A stretch of 62,243 nt of DNA, the filler included, from Basidiobolus ranarum (taxonomy: Eukaryota), in the NCBI GenBank assembly GCA_040143965.1. It is 27 parts of 27 records of this genome, joined end to end, with 100 filler letters (N's around TTAATTAATTAA, not from the genome) between each part and the next. Parts side by side here need not be neighbours in the genome. Positions count along the whole stretch, not along the records: positions 11,601 to 13,816 come from JASJQH010010498.1; positions 13,917 to 16,131 come from JASJQH010010499.1; positions 16,232 to 18,445 come from JASJQH010010500.1; positions 18,546 to 20,758 come from JASJQH010010501.1; positions 20,859 to 23,070 come from JASJQH010010502.1; positions 23,171 to 25,381 come from JASJQH010010503.1; 21 more parts are not named here. One strand, 5' to 3'. Position numbers and translations under genes: made by a program. The notes beneath the pieces are model-generated. The model was not told the origin of the DNA. It did not search any database and saw nothing but the letters and a program-made list of their open reading frames with translations. Numbering within the stretch: the first letter of the stretch is position 1; each line of letters begins with the position of its first letter. This document shows, piece by piece, positions 11,724 through 23,951 of this stretch.

Positions 11724-12120
11724 CTATCATGCTAGAAACTGATACAAGATGACCCTCTTGTTTCTGAATTAGCATTATAACTACATGAAAACAGAACAGC
11801 CCAAAATTGTTGCTATAGACTTTCAGCTAGACCTTTGGAAGCAATATCTTGCCTCCAAGACACCTTTTTTGATCCCCATTATTCCAGGTTTTCGTCCATT
11901 TGGTTTGTACTGAGCATTTTTCTTTCTGCTTGCTACCTGTGCCCCTTAGCACTATATGTATGTCCTCAGAACTGGATTACATTGGCCATCAAGTTAAGTA
12001 TGGATATGATCCAATTTTGTCACAATATCTTAGAAGATTGATGTAATGATTGTAACTTTGTTTAGATTAGTACAAAAGCTAAATAAAGTCCACACCACCT
12101 GGTTCTTTTCATCCCCCTGA

Positions 12121-13016
12121 GCTGTTAAAGAGCTCAACTTTGACAGAATCACCTCAGCTGCTAAACAAGGAGCTGGATTAATCAATGTCTGGGATGCAAT
12201 TTGCACAAATACTTTGGTCTCCCCATCTAAATCTTCTTTGAATGATACCACTCACATTAAAGATGCTCATACATTCACCGTCATTAATAATGGTAAAAAG
12301 TCGATTACTTATGCTGTTAAGCATGTCCCCGCTGTTTCTGTCAATGGATATGATAAGAAAGGCTATCCAATTCTTCGAAATGCATTTGTTTTCTTGGGAT
12401 CTTCAGCGGTTGTCAGGCCTTCCCCATCCACCGTTACTGTTCGTCCAGGTCGAAGCAAACAAGTTAAGGTTGTACTTTCTCCTCCCAAGTTTGATAAGGA
12501 AGTTTTATGGATCTACTCTGGATATGTTTACTTCAAGCCATTGAACTCCGAAGATAATGAAGTAAGCGTCCCATATGCTGGTGTTGCCGGAGATCTTCAC
12601 AGTATCACAGTTTTCGATACCAAGGGAGAGAGACTACCATCTGTAGTTAGTTTGGTTTGAGGAGCACCAAAGAAAGTGTATAGCCTAGTGTGAAATGATG
12701 TTCCTCTTCTCCGGTTTGCAATGATCCATGCTACCAAGTACCTATCCATTACGTTGAGCAATGTGAAAGGAAAGGAGTTGGACTAATTGGTCTAGTAGAA
12801 GGTGGTTTCTCACGTAACTACCCAGGCACGGATATCAAAACTACTCTCGATGGATCCATTACCGTTGTCAAGAATGGACGAGCACAAGAGGTTGAAGTAC
12901 CATCCGGCATTTACACATTGACTGCTAAGGGACTCAAGCCACTTGGTAATCCTAATACACCTGCTGACTTTGATACTTGGACTTCAGCTCCATTTGAAGT
13001 GAAGAGAGCAAATTAA
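12121..13016 (+). pseudogene. Vpr/Pr1C-type subtilisin (S8) C-terminal fragment with Fn3-like domain, disrupted
   Basis: SAAKQGAGLINVWDAI...VSPSK.SLNDT, TY.V.HVPA, IYSGYV, SVPYAG and PLGNP..PADFDTW.S motifs. TGA stops at 12658 and 12691 and a frameshift near 12781; the catalytic N-terminal part is missing. Confidence 0.8.
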
Positions 13017-13916
13017 TCACGAACTCAGAAAATTACATTCAAGTAGAATACTTAATCTGCCAATTGTCTATTTTAATCCTAATAAATAATTATTGATACC
13101 CTCTCAGATTTCGGTGATCATTAAGTAAATAGTGTGTGTAGAAAGCCGTTAACAATTCAAACTTTGATGAGTAAGTTGGGAGTAATAATCCTTGGATATA
13201 CAGATATAAATTGAGTTTCTCATTTACAAAACTATACACACTTAGGGTGGGTTAAACTTTGAAACCCTAAAAAACTGTGATTGACTTCTGAAAACATTAC
13301 AGAGTCCAAGTGTCTATGACATAAGCAATGCAGCTACTACATTAAGAAATAGATAGCAAATACAATACATGTTACTCGATGGATCTTGTGATGAACTTGA
13401 GTGACGAAATAGGTTTTCTTAGTATACATCGTCCTACTTGAGGGACTTGAAGGAAGTGTTTAAGATTTCCGGTTAAAAGTTACTTATGGCGTTCGTGCGC
13501 TACTGAATTAGATATAGCAATGCTATATAAATATCATCAGTATCGTTTTCAGGTTCCCAATTTTCAGATTAGTCTTAGCTTCAATCTACTTTTAAACAGG
13601 ACTAAGGCGAAGTAGACAAAAGAGTCAAAAATGATTCTAGATCGCCGTAAATATCAATAATGGATAGTCCATTCCAAGCTTTATGTAATGTCGGCAGAAA
13701 TCCTGTGTACATGGATGAGCAAATCAAATGTTGTGTTTAATCAGAAATATTGTTGGAAATATTGATTGCGCTTCAACCATTTTTCATGTTTACAGATATA
13801 GCTTGTTGATGTCTACNNNNNNNNNNNNNNNNNNNNNNNNNNNNNNNNNNNNNNNNNNNNTTAATTAATTAANNNNNNNNNNNNNNNNNNNNNNNNNNNN
13901 NNNNNNNNNNNNNNNN

Positions 13917-15340
13917 GAAAGTCCAGATAACTTTGAAGTCATGCTGCTAGATGTTGACCATGGTTAATCCAGTACCGATGGTAGTATATCAGAAGTTCAA
14001 GAAAAAGACAATCCCTAAGTTATGGACTCTTTGTTATTGGCAAGCATTAGTCCACTCATAACATTAACAGTAAAGGAAGCAGCTGTGATTATTGAGGTGT
14101 GGAGAGTTCAATCCAATCTTAGCAACCTGGTGTTTGTTGGTTTTCTTACACTTTTACCACAGTTGATTGGCAACTGTTGCTTGCCACAGACCTGGCACAA
14201 GTGGAAAACACTTGTCACTTGTATGACATATAATCCTTCAGCAATTAAACTACCTTCATGTCCAAATGGTTGTTTGGCTTTCATTGGTGATCTGAAAAAC
14301 CTGAAGTCATGTACTGTTTGCACCCAATTGGCAATCACTGAATCAGGTAAATATTGATCATATTTGGCTTACATACCGTTGATTCCCCATCTTTAAGTTT
14401 TGATGAAATCACCCAAATATAGATCTTTGATCCAATACCAAAGTACTTACTTTAAAGCTGATGGTATTACCAATGTGCTTGATGGATATCACTATCAGAA
14501 TCTGAAAAGTCAAGGTTTCTTTGAGAACATGTATGATCATGCATTTGCATTGGCTCTGGATGGTTTCTTACTAAACAAATTTACTGTTGGAAAGGCTTGC
14601 TGTACAATAATTTTGATCAACTTAAAGCTTCTTCCTTCCTAATGGTATAAGAGTCATAATAATTTGATACTATCCATCATATCTTGACCTAAATCACCAG
14701 TGCTTATAAGTAGATTCTTGGAGCCTTTGACTGCAGAATTTGAATGGTTATCTAATGGGGTTCCAATGGGTGAATATTTTACTAAAGCTAATATCATTGT
14801 ATGTATTGGTGACACTTCTGCCATTGATAAACTTGAAGATTTTTGTGGGCACAATGCACTATCTTGCTCTAGATTATGTCAAATCAATGGAGTCTACTCA
14901 ATTGGGCATTGGCATTACTACTGTCCAAATACAAAACTAAACTCCATGATTTTACTGTCAAGAGCCTGGTCATATTTCAATATGATCACTGATATCAATT
15001 CACTAAAAAGTCAGTCTAACATCAAACTTGTTATTTGCCATATGCCCAAGATTTTATTGCTAAAGGGGATCAGTTGGAGCCAGTACTTCCCATTAGGCAT
15101 GATGCACTTACTATTCAACAACATTCCAATACTACTTACTCTGCTGTATAATGGAAAATTCAACTTGAATGAGCCATTTGAGATAGGATCAAAGTATGAA
15201 TTGATTGGGAAAATACTTGAAAAATCTATTTACTTTCATACTTTTCCAGGACTCCCATAAATACCCATTCATCTCAGGATTTATTTAAATGCAAAGACTG
15301 GAAGTAATGGATTTGTATATATTCAAGTGAAATTTTGAAA
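13917..15340 (+). mobile_element. CMC/EnSpm (Tnp2/Transposase_21-like) transposase, degenerate
   Basis: CPNGCLAF...C..C, VLDGYHY, FALALDGF, IILINL.L.PS, RFLEPL..E...L..GV, IGDTSAIDKL...GHNA and PLGMMHLLFNN motifs, with stops. Confidence 0.8.
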
Positions 15341-15581
15341 AGACAACTGTGCAGAGATTTTGTAATTGGATATGAAAAACTTTATTATAGGCCAACAAAG
15401 GGCTCTTTTCAATGTGCTTATGGGTTTTGACATTATTGGAGCACAACAACAGCAACAAAGCCCAATCTATGGACACAGAGTAAGTACCTCTATAATTTTG
15501 ACCAATTTGTTTATGTGTTAATCTGACAGTATTTTTAAGAAACCTGCCAGACAGGCTTCTTGGTGCAATAGATCAAGATAC

Positions 15582-16131
15582 CCCTAACAGAAATTTGAGG
15601 ATTGTTTTTGTAGGAAAATGGTCACAATTTTAATCCATTTGGGATTGACCGGTTACTTACCATCATAAAATTGTCAAGTTAGATTTGATTTTAATCAATT
15701 TTTTCAGTTTCAAGAGTGAAATTTCAAGATCTTGCAAAATAGTTGTCCATCATTGGCTACAATCTCAGAGCACTATGGATCAACACATGTGCAAAAAATG
15801 TAACTCAAATTTTGCACATTCACCACTTGAACACTAATTTGTCACCTTTGAATTCCCTAGTCTCTTTGATATATTTTCCTGAATGTTTTTATAAAGTTCA
15901 TCATAGCCAAGGTTTAGCTCAAGCCCATCACAAGGTTTTATCAATATCTCCATCAAAGCCCACCATTGTATCAACATTGCTTAATCAACATTCTTCCAGC
16001 TATCAGGCAGATACCCTCCAATATTGTGCCACTCTGAATTATGACCTTCCCAGATATCTGCATGGTCAACATCAAACTGAATGTCAAGTTAAACTTTCTT
16101 CTTCTGAAGCCACTTTCTGCATACTTGCAAT
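15582..16131 (+). mobile_element. CMC transposon left end
   Basis: Starts CCCTAACAGAAATTTGAGGATTG; about 11 copies of this end occur in the window. Confidence 0.8.
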
Positions 16132-18275
16132 NNNNNNNNNNNNNNNNNNNNNNNNNNNNNNNNNNNNNNNNNNNNTTAATTAATTAANNNNNNNNNNNNN
16201 NNNNNNNNNNNNNNNNNNNNNNNNNNNNNNNTTGCATGAGCGCATTATGACCAGCTCATCTAATACTTCATACTTTATGGGGTATCGACGACTTGGATCT
16301 CTCTTGTTCAAAAAAAGTTGAATTTCATGTGTCTTCTGGTTTCCTCGAATATAGTTTCATGATTGACCTAAAGTTGCGATAGATCTTCTCATTGTTTGAC
16401 GCTTGACTATGAATTCCACTCGCACGTTTACCTTAGTGGTGATTATATCCTGCTTTCAGATGGTATGTTTCTCATTAGGGTTCTTTGTATGAACAAGTAA
16501 ATCCCCTTCTGGTGATGAAGCTAACCCCGAAAAAACCTCGAATTGTAGATTCCATTCTAGTAATACAGTAAGTGTATTGACTAAGCCATATTTGAGATAA
16601 CTTTGGGTCTAATTGCAAAGTTTCAATTAGACCACTTATTAGGCCTTGATATCTCTATTTTGATGCACACCATTACAGAAACTTGGGTAAAGTGATAGTC
16701 AGAGGCAGTAACACTCTGTTTTCTTACATTACTTTGATGTATGAATATCGATCGGCAACACATGGTACCTTATAAGCCATAATTCAAAGTCGTTCACGTC
16801 AAACGTATCAGAATCGGCATATTTGGTGAGAAGCACTATCTGAATACGGCTTGATATAGTCATACACTATATAAGAAGAGCACTAACGTGGCCAATTGTA
16901 AATGTAACATCTATCCAGAGGCTACCATATGAGAACTCATCAGAGGTGCAATGCTGAGAGGTGTACGAGTCTGATGAAATACTGCTAGATATACAAGCAT
17001 GAGATGACCTTTAGTATTTAATGTAAATCCTCCTCCCGCCGCTAAAGTACAAATGAATCTACACAGACTCGGATTGCATGCGTATCATGCTGTTCTTGTT
17101 TCGAACTCAAATAATTGTTTTATGATGTCTTACAAAGTCCGTAGTGACTGCCTTGTAGTGAAGTGAAACTCTTGCATGTCCATCTGTTCCAGTATAGAAA
17201 ATAGAATATCACAAATATAGATTTTGGCAGTAACCCTTCTAAAGATCGGTAATTCAAATTCCTGATATATGATGTATAGAAAATATCTCGATGCAAATTT
17301 CGGAGATTTGTTCTTATATATTATCAATTACCATGTATACGGAGCTTTGAGTTAGGCATATATTTTTTTAACTAAGGCTCAGTGTCTTTAGTGTTCTCAG
17401 TAAGTAAATTTGTCATTATAGCTTACACAAAACCTTGTATGCCACTATATCTCTAGAAGACATAAGTGCTAAGTACTTGCTATAGTGAAATTGATGATTG
17501 ACTACCACTACAGTCACTCTGAATACGTGTATCTTATTTTTATGTGCATAGTAAATATGGGACGGAAATCAATCATTATGGTATAGGACAATGCTGATAT
17601 ATACAGAATGAGAGGGTAGTTTTCTTAGCAAGGAACGTCAAAATATGAGGGATAATCTTTTACCAATTGATAATATATCGTCATATTCTATGCCAAGGAA
17701 ATTATTTTAATCGTCTATTAATCTGAGATAATACTCATTTTTCATTCAATATCCCACCTGTTAGTATTGAAAAATATTTTAACTCAATCCTTAGTCATAC
17801 TCCGCAACTCTTTAATGATTGATATTCATTTGCTTAAATGTTTAGACTGTTAGCCATCATACCACTGTCTTAAGATTTTAGATCTAGCAATCTCTTTAAC
17901 TTAATGAAGTATAGCCACTACACATGTTTATCATCGTACTTAGTTCTATTTATTTCACCCGATAGTGCTTTATATACAGAATTCATAGTGAAAGTTAGAG
18001 CTTTGCGAGAGAGCTATTAAGAAATGGAGTTATAAACTCGAGAAATATCTTTTGTATTTCCTTCAAAGGTATGGATACCTCAATTCTGGTTATTGAATAT
18101 GAATATCTCAAACTCACAATAACCCCACTTTTTAGAACTCCTTCCATTCATCTCATATTCTCTCAAGAATTGGAGCAAATACTGAAAATGATTTTTGAAA
18201 TTAGCATAGCCTGAGCACCTATATATAGCTAAGCATCTAGTTATTCCATATTTCGCTAAGATATCACTCACTATT

Positions 18276-18445
18276 TGTTGGAGGATCTTGACATAATGGG
18301 GGTAGACTTTGAGTATTAGAAGCAACTTATGATTGTGTGTTTTAGTTACTTTATTCTTAAGAGTATATGGTGACTTATATAGTAGAAAAGTAAATCAATT
18401 GTTTGAGATATTCAGGAGTTTGTGTATTAAGATATAATAGATAAG
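18276..18445. mobile_element. LTR-like repeat family D, partial
   Basis: TGTTGGAGGATCTTGACATAATG..., nearly identical to 27558-27692; a diverged copy at 41633-41870 ends ...CTCAACA. Confidence 0.65.
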
Positions 18446-18545
18446 NNNNNNNNNNNNNNNNNNNNNNNNNNNNNNNNNNNNNNNNNNNNTTAATTAATTA
18501 ANNNNNNNNNNNNNNNNNNNNNNNNNNNNNNNNNNNNNNNNNNNN

Positions 18546-19000
18546 ACAGAATGGCACAATATTGCAGGGTATCTGCCAGATAGCTGGAAGAATGTTCATT
18601 CAGCAATGTTAAAACAACAGTGGGCTTTGATGGAGATATTGATACAAACTTGTGTTTGGTATGAGCTAAACCTTGGGTATGACAAACTCTACAAAAATAT
18701 TCAGCAGATTATATCAAAGAGACTAGGGATTTTGAAGGTGACAAAATAGCATTCAAGTGATAATTGTGTAAAATTGAGTTACATCTTTTGCACATGTGTT
18801 GAACCATGGTTCTCTGAGATTGTAGCCAATCATGTGCAACCTTTTTGCAAGATCTTGAAATTTCACTCCTGAAACTGAAAAAATTGATTAAAATCAAATC
18901 TAACTTGATGATTTTCTCACAGTAAGTAAACAGTTAACCCCAAATGGATTAAAATGGTGATGGTTTTCCTACAATAACAATCCTCAAATTTCTGTTAGGG
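18546..19000 (-). mobile_element. CMC transposon left end
   Basis: Ends CAATCCTCAAATTTCTGTTAGGG on the + strand. Confidence 0.8.
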
Positions 19001-19200
19001 CACTGAGCTATCAGTCCTTGTATGCTATGCCTATATTGCTAGGGAATATTAACCTAGTCTGTCAATGTATGGTACTTTGGCATTTCTGCTTTACAAGAAA
19101 CTGATTGGCCTTTGACTTTGTGTTCAGATGCAGTCACCATACCCTATATTTTCCTCTTTGGGAATTACTGCTTGTACCACTAGTCACCAGACTTTCAGCA
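19001..19200 (-). mobile_element. tRNA-cassette LTR-like repeat, copy 1 (truncated by a CMC insertion)
   Basis: Aligns with 20898-21097; terminus ...ACTTTCAGCA. Confidence 0.75.
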
Positions 19201-19337
19201 CACTTCTGAAATTGAAAAAATTGATTAAAATCAAATCTAACTGGACAATTTTCTAATGGTAATTCAATGGTCAATCCCAAATGGATTAAAATTGTGAGAG
19301 TTTTTCTAAAATAACAATCCTCAAGTTTCTGTTAAGG
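19201..19337 (-). mobile_element. CMC transposon left-end fragment
   Basis: Ends CAATCCTCAAGTTTCTGTTAAGG. Confidence 0.75.
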
Positions 19338-19344
19338 AAAGTCT

Positions 19345-19990
19345 CACCTTAAAGGGTGAGAGCAAGTCATACCAAGGAGGTAGCTATCAATCTTCCTATC
19401 CATCTAATTATGTGTGGTGTGACTCAACCAAGCATTCAAAGAAGTATTGTCTTAAATTGAATGAACTACTTGACCAAGGAGAGATCCAATTGGACTCAAG
19501 AGGATTTATACTTGACCCTAATGGCAGAAGTGTTGGGCCAAGCTTTGGAAGAGGAGGTATGAAAGCAACTTACCACCCACTTGTTAACAACACCAGAAGA
19601 ATAATTGTAGAAGACCCTGACTAGAACATACAGCACTTTGCTGTTGACCTACACCAAAACCAAACATCAGAATCTGACAATGAAGATGATTTTTCATGCT
19701 TAGCTGATGCCTACACAACCTAGAGAGCTTCTCCACCTGAGGAGCTAAGACCTCCTGGTAACAGAAGGCAAGATTTTTTGAGCCAGAGGTTGTCATTGAG
19801 AACATTCCAAAACAAACACCAAGAATGACAGAGGAAAGATCTTGAAAGCTCAACCATCAGATACAATACAAGATTGGCAAGAAGGCAGCTCTTGGGACAC
19901 CTACCAAAAGGATCTTAGACTCATTTTCACAGGAGTTATTTTCTCAGCCATTCTGTAGTGAGGAACATTGTAAACTTCGCAGAAGAGTTC
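19345..19990 (+). mobile_element. Probable Ty3/gypsy gag zinc-knuckle remnant
   Basis: C-like WCDSTKHSKKYC knuckle followed by G.I.LD..G...SFGRGGMK; stops downstream; CpG-poor. Confidence 0.45.
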
Positions 19991-20497
19991 ACATCTGCTA
20001 ATGAATGCTTGAACCTTAGTTCCATCAAAGAAGAGAGTTCCTGGGGATCCACATGATGGTAGCTTTGAGATTAACATTTTGAATGACTAGTAGTAGCAGT
20101 CTTTCTTGTTGTAATTCTTCGGAGAGATTCAGCTTAACCCCCACATTGGGTGCTTAATGTAGTTGTTTTAGAGTGTAAGCAGCATCTATTACTGTGATAT
20201 ACTAAGGGTTTTGTGAGGTGTTCAAAGGGTGCAGAAACCACAGTTCAATAACTCCTGGAAGTACTGTAATATAGGTCTGTCTCTTGCCTGTTGGGTCTTT
20301 GTGAAAAGGAATCAAGCCTCTAGAAATGTCTAAGGAGCAATGAACTGTAATGCAATGTCCAGCTTTCCATTGAATTATATGCTAGTGCCTGACAAAAGAA
20401 TATACTGGCTTCAAAGACCTTTGAGAATGATCAGATAAAACATGTATATCCAATCAAAAACCACTGTAAACTAAGCCAGAAGGGTCTTGAACAAGGT

Positions 20498-20758
20498 TGC
20501 TGATGAAGTTCATTGCCTTTATCATATTTGTTATAACTTTCTTTATACAGCTAACTATTTCATATATCACATGTAAGTTAGTTAACATTACTTAGTCAAA
20601 TATCACTTAACTGCAAGTTGTAACATATATTATATATATGTGTGAATAATATGAGAATTAGCAATTCCATATTGGAAAATTCAAACTCATCCAAGTTGCC
20701 CCAAAGAGAGCTCATTTTACTCCCACAGATGTTCTGAACACAACCCCAGTGTAAGTTT
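20498..20758 (+). mobile_element. Copia LTR family C, partial
   Basis: Collinear with 6341-6600. Confidence 0.75.
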
Positions 20759-20858
20759 NNNNNNNNNNNNNNNNNNNNNNNNNNNNNNNNNNNNNNNNNN
20801 NNTTAATTAATTAANNNNNNNNNNNNNNNNNNNNNNNNNNNNNNNNNNNNNNNNNNNN

Positions 20859-21097
20859 GAACCTGGGACCTCCTTCACTCTAGCAAGGTGCTCTAACCAC
20901 TGAGCTACCAGTCCTTGTATGCTATGCCTATATTGCTAGGGAACCTTAACCTAGTCTGTCAATGTATGGCACTATGGCATTTCAGCGGTACAAGCAACTG
21001 ATTGGCCTTAAACTTTGTGTTCAGATGCATTCACCATACTACATATATTCCTCTTTGGGAATTACTGCCTGTACCACAAGTCACCAGACTTTCAACA
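20859..21097 (-). mobile_element. tRNA-cassette LTR-like repeat, copy 2
   Basis: Minus strand: TGTTGAAAGTCTGG (183-bp arm) then GGACTGGTAGCTCAGTGGTTAGAGCACCTTGCTAGAGTGAAGGAGGTCCCAGGTTC up to the contig edge. Confidence 0.8.
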
Positions 21098-21275
21098 GTT
21101 AGCAAGCAGAATGATCAGCTATTGGAGCAAGGATATGTTAGACTGAGCAAGTCACCATGGGGAGCACCAGTCTTGTTTGTCAAAAAGAAAGATACAACTC
21201 TCAGAATACGTGTTGACTACAGAGTACTGAATACAGTCACTGTAAGGAGCAAATATCCAATCACCTGGATGGATA
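21098..21275 (+). mobile_element. Ty3/gypsy RT N-terminal remnant
   Basis: [47 protein letters not shown]. Confidence 0.8.
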
Positions 21276-21484
21276 AACCATTCATCATCCAAGGAAGTGA
21301 TGACAACTCTGACATTCACAGTCTTTTGGTTTGCTGGTTTTCCTATTACAATTATACTTTATGTGCCCAAGCAATTTTGAGCTGTTCTGTAAGCTTAATC
21401 GTACAACATATATTGGATTCATTCTCTGTGATAGTGCTGGATTGTGCTGTACATATCATATCCTGACACAATGGAACAAGTCCA

Positions 21485-23070
21485 TTCTGCTCTGCTAGAT
21501 TGTGTTAGTGACATTTATATGTATGTTGTGCAATTGATTGAATACACATATGAGAATGGATAGATGGAGCAGCATATTGCTGTAGCTCAAGTACAGCATT
21601 CTGAAGGTCTTGTATCATTGTTGAGTGACTCTCAAACTGTTGCCTTGGAGCTTCAGAATGCTTTAATAAGTGCAATGTTGCAGTGTAATTGCTTGTTGTG
21701 GCCTGTATAGCAGCTTTGAAGCTTTTACTTGTAATGCATACAAATCATTATGGTGTTCCACTTGCAATTCCCTTGTTGCAATAATTCTATCCAAATTTTC
21801 TATGAAGGGTTGTTCAATAGTTGGCAAAGTAACTATTTTGGAAGTTAATGGTCTTTACAGTGTCTCTGTTGAACTTTGCTCAACTATTGCATTACTATGT
21901 AATTGGGAGATAACAATCTCTTCACTTGCCCTATGGCTGGAATGGAAGACATATAGAAAATTGATCAATGATTCTTCATTGCTTGAGTTAGTTTCCAGCA
22001 TGTTGATACCTTCCAAAGTAGATGGTGATCACTATGGTAATGAATGGCAATTTTAGTTTATTTTAAGCTGCTTCTAAGAAATTTCATTATGCCAAGTTAA
22101 ACATCTGTAAATTTCAATGCTATTCAAAAAGCATTCAAAATCTAAATTATGATTGGCTTTCAAGCCAAAGCCAGCTGGCATGAAAGGAAAAAACCAGCAA
22201 GAACAGAGGACTTAATTGATGAGCAGTCTAGCAATCCACTATCCACTTTGGAAGGCATTAACATGCCAGAAACTAACTCAAGTAATGATAAAGCATTGAT
22301 CAGTTTAACAGATGTGTTCCTTTCCAGCAATAGTGCAAGTGAAGAGATTGTAATCCCCCAATTACATAGTAAAGCAATAGCTGAACAAAGTTCAACAGAA
22401 ACACTGTCAAGACCATCAACTTCCAAAATGACTACTTTGCCAACTATTTAACAACCCTTCAAAGAGAATTTGGATAGAAACATTACAACAGGGAATTGCA
22501 GGCAGAACATGATAATGATTTGAATGCAATCATAAGTAAAAACTACAAAGTTGCTACTCAGGCCATGAAAAGCAATAATTCTGTAATATTGCAATTAATG
22601 CGGCATTCTGAAGCTACTGGTCAACAGTTAGATATTCACTCAACAATGATACAAGATCTTCAGAATGCAGTTCTTGAGCTATAGCAACATGCTGCTCCCT
22701 CCATCTATTCTCATATGGGATTTCAATCAATTGCATACCATACATATCAATATCACCATAACACTCTATCAAAGCAGAATATGTGTTGGACCATTAAGCC
22801 TACACATCAACCCACAATTGCTTTGGCACTTGAAATTCAAAATCTCCTAGCAAAGCTGGCTAACCAAAAGACTCTGAGTTCAACAGCTACTGTCACTTGC
22901 TTGAATGATGAGTGGCTCATCAAGTTGCAAACTGCACAGGCTCTTGCCCAAAATCACCTTGCTTTGAGCCAATTGTGGAAAAACCAAAAACCAGGTATTA
23001 CTCTGAAGTTTCTTGACTTATTTCATGTGGCTTATCATGGGTTTTTGCAAGCAAATGTCAAATGAGCTAG
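21485..23070. mobile_element. Two oppositely oriented copies of the CMC second ORF (minus 21485-22023; plus about 22040-23070)
   Basis: KKPARTEDLIDEQSSNPLSTLEGINM... also occurs at 38531 (+) and about 45500-45860 (-). Confidence 0.7.
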
Positions 23071-23170
23071 NNNNNNNNNNNNNNNNNNNNNNNNNNNNNN
23101 NNNNNNNNNNNNNNTTAATTAATTAANNNNNNNNNNNNNNNNNNNNNNNNNNNNNNNNNNNNNNNNNNNN

Positions 23171-23295
23171 TATATCTGAGAACTTCTAAGTTGGTAAAAA
23201 TATTGCAAGTAAATTCTGATGGAGAACAGAGTGATATCTTAGTTCAATATGGAATAACTAAAACTAAGCTATATATGACTATGTTAATTTCAACA
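23171..23295 (-). mobile_element. Copia LTR family A, partial
   Basis: Ends ...TAATTTCAACA on the + strand. Confidence 0.65.
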
Positions 23296-23951
23296 ATCAC
23301 AACATGACTGTAACACTTATAGAGCAAGATTATAGATCAATAAATTTGACCAGTCTTCAAAATTTAGACTTGCCACTGTTGAATAGATTTGCTCAATGTT
23401 AATGGACCAACAGATACTTGACATACAGATATGGAGAAAGTATCCAAAATTTATGTCCTATCATACAACCCTCTCGAGTATAAGCAGTTTTATTCCATTT
23501 CTCTCCATTATAGTGTGCCAAGGTCTGATAAACCTTGACCAGATGGAACAAGTCATTGTACTTGTGATGAGTTGAAAGCGATCAGATCGGATAGAGAATA
23601 TATATGCATGTATTAAAAAAGTCCCAATATTAATGTAGCAGGTGAAGTAAATAACGATGATGCTAATATTGTTAAACTAGTACTTCCAGATATCGAGCAT
23701 CCAAAATATATAAAGCAAAAAATATGAGAATTAGGAAACAGAATTGCGGTCTTTTAATAATCTTATAAGACATATAGGATATCAAACATTATTTAACAGA
23801 GTATGGATAAAGAATGTAGATGCAATTTGATTTTATTAAAATCCAATGGAAATGTGATTAAGACTTCAAGATACAAAAACAATAGAGTAATTATTGAAGT
23901 CCAAATTAATTAGTGGTTCAAAAGGTAAATATTAAAAGATAAATTTACGAA

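Noticed and set aside
15743-16183. Recurring ORFs in the CMC left end (also 18709, 36595, 44233, 60079)
   Set aside because: Frames and strands are inconsistent between copies and no motif is recognisable; treated as non-coding or decayed subterminal repeat.
16232-18275. Unique, CpG-containing contig that might hide a gene
   Set aside because: I found no recognisable ORF, splice structure or RNA fold; probably intergenic.
21002-21466. 154-aa ORF
   Set aside because: It is a chance read-through across three elements: the tRNA-cassette repeat arm, a gypsy RT piece and another repeat.
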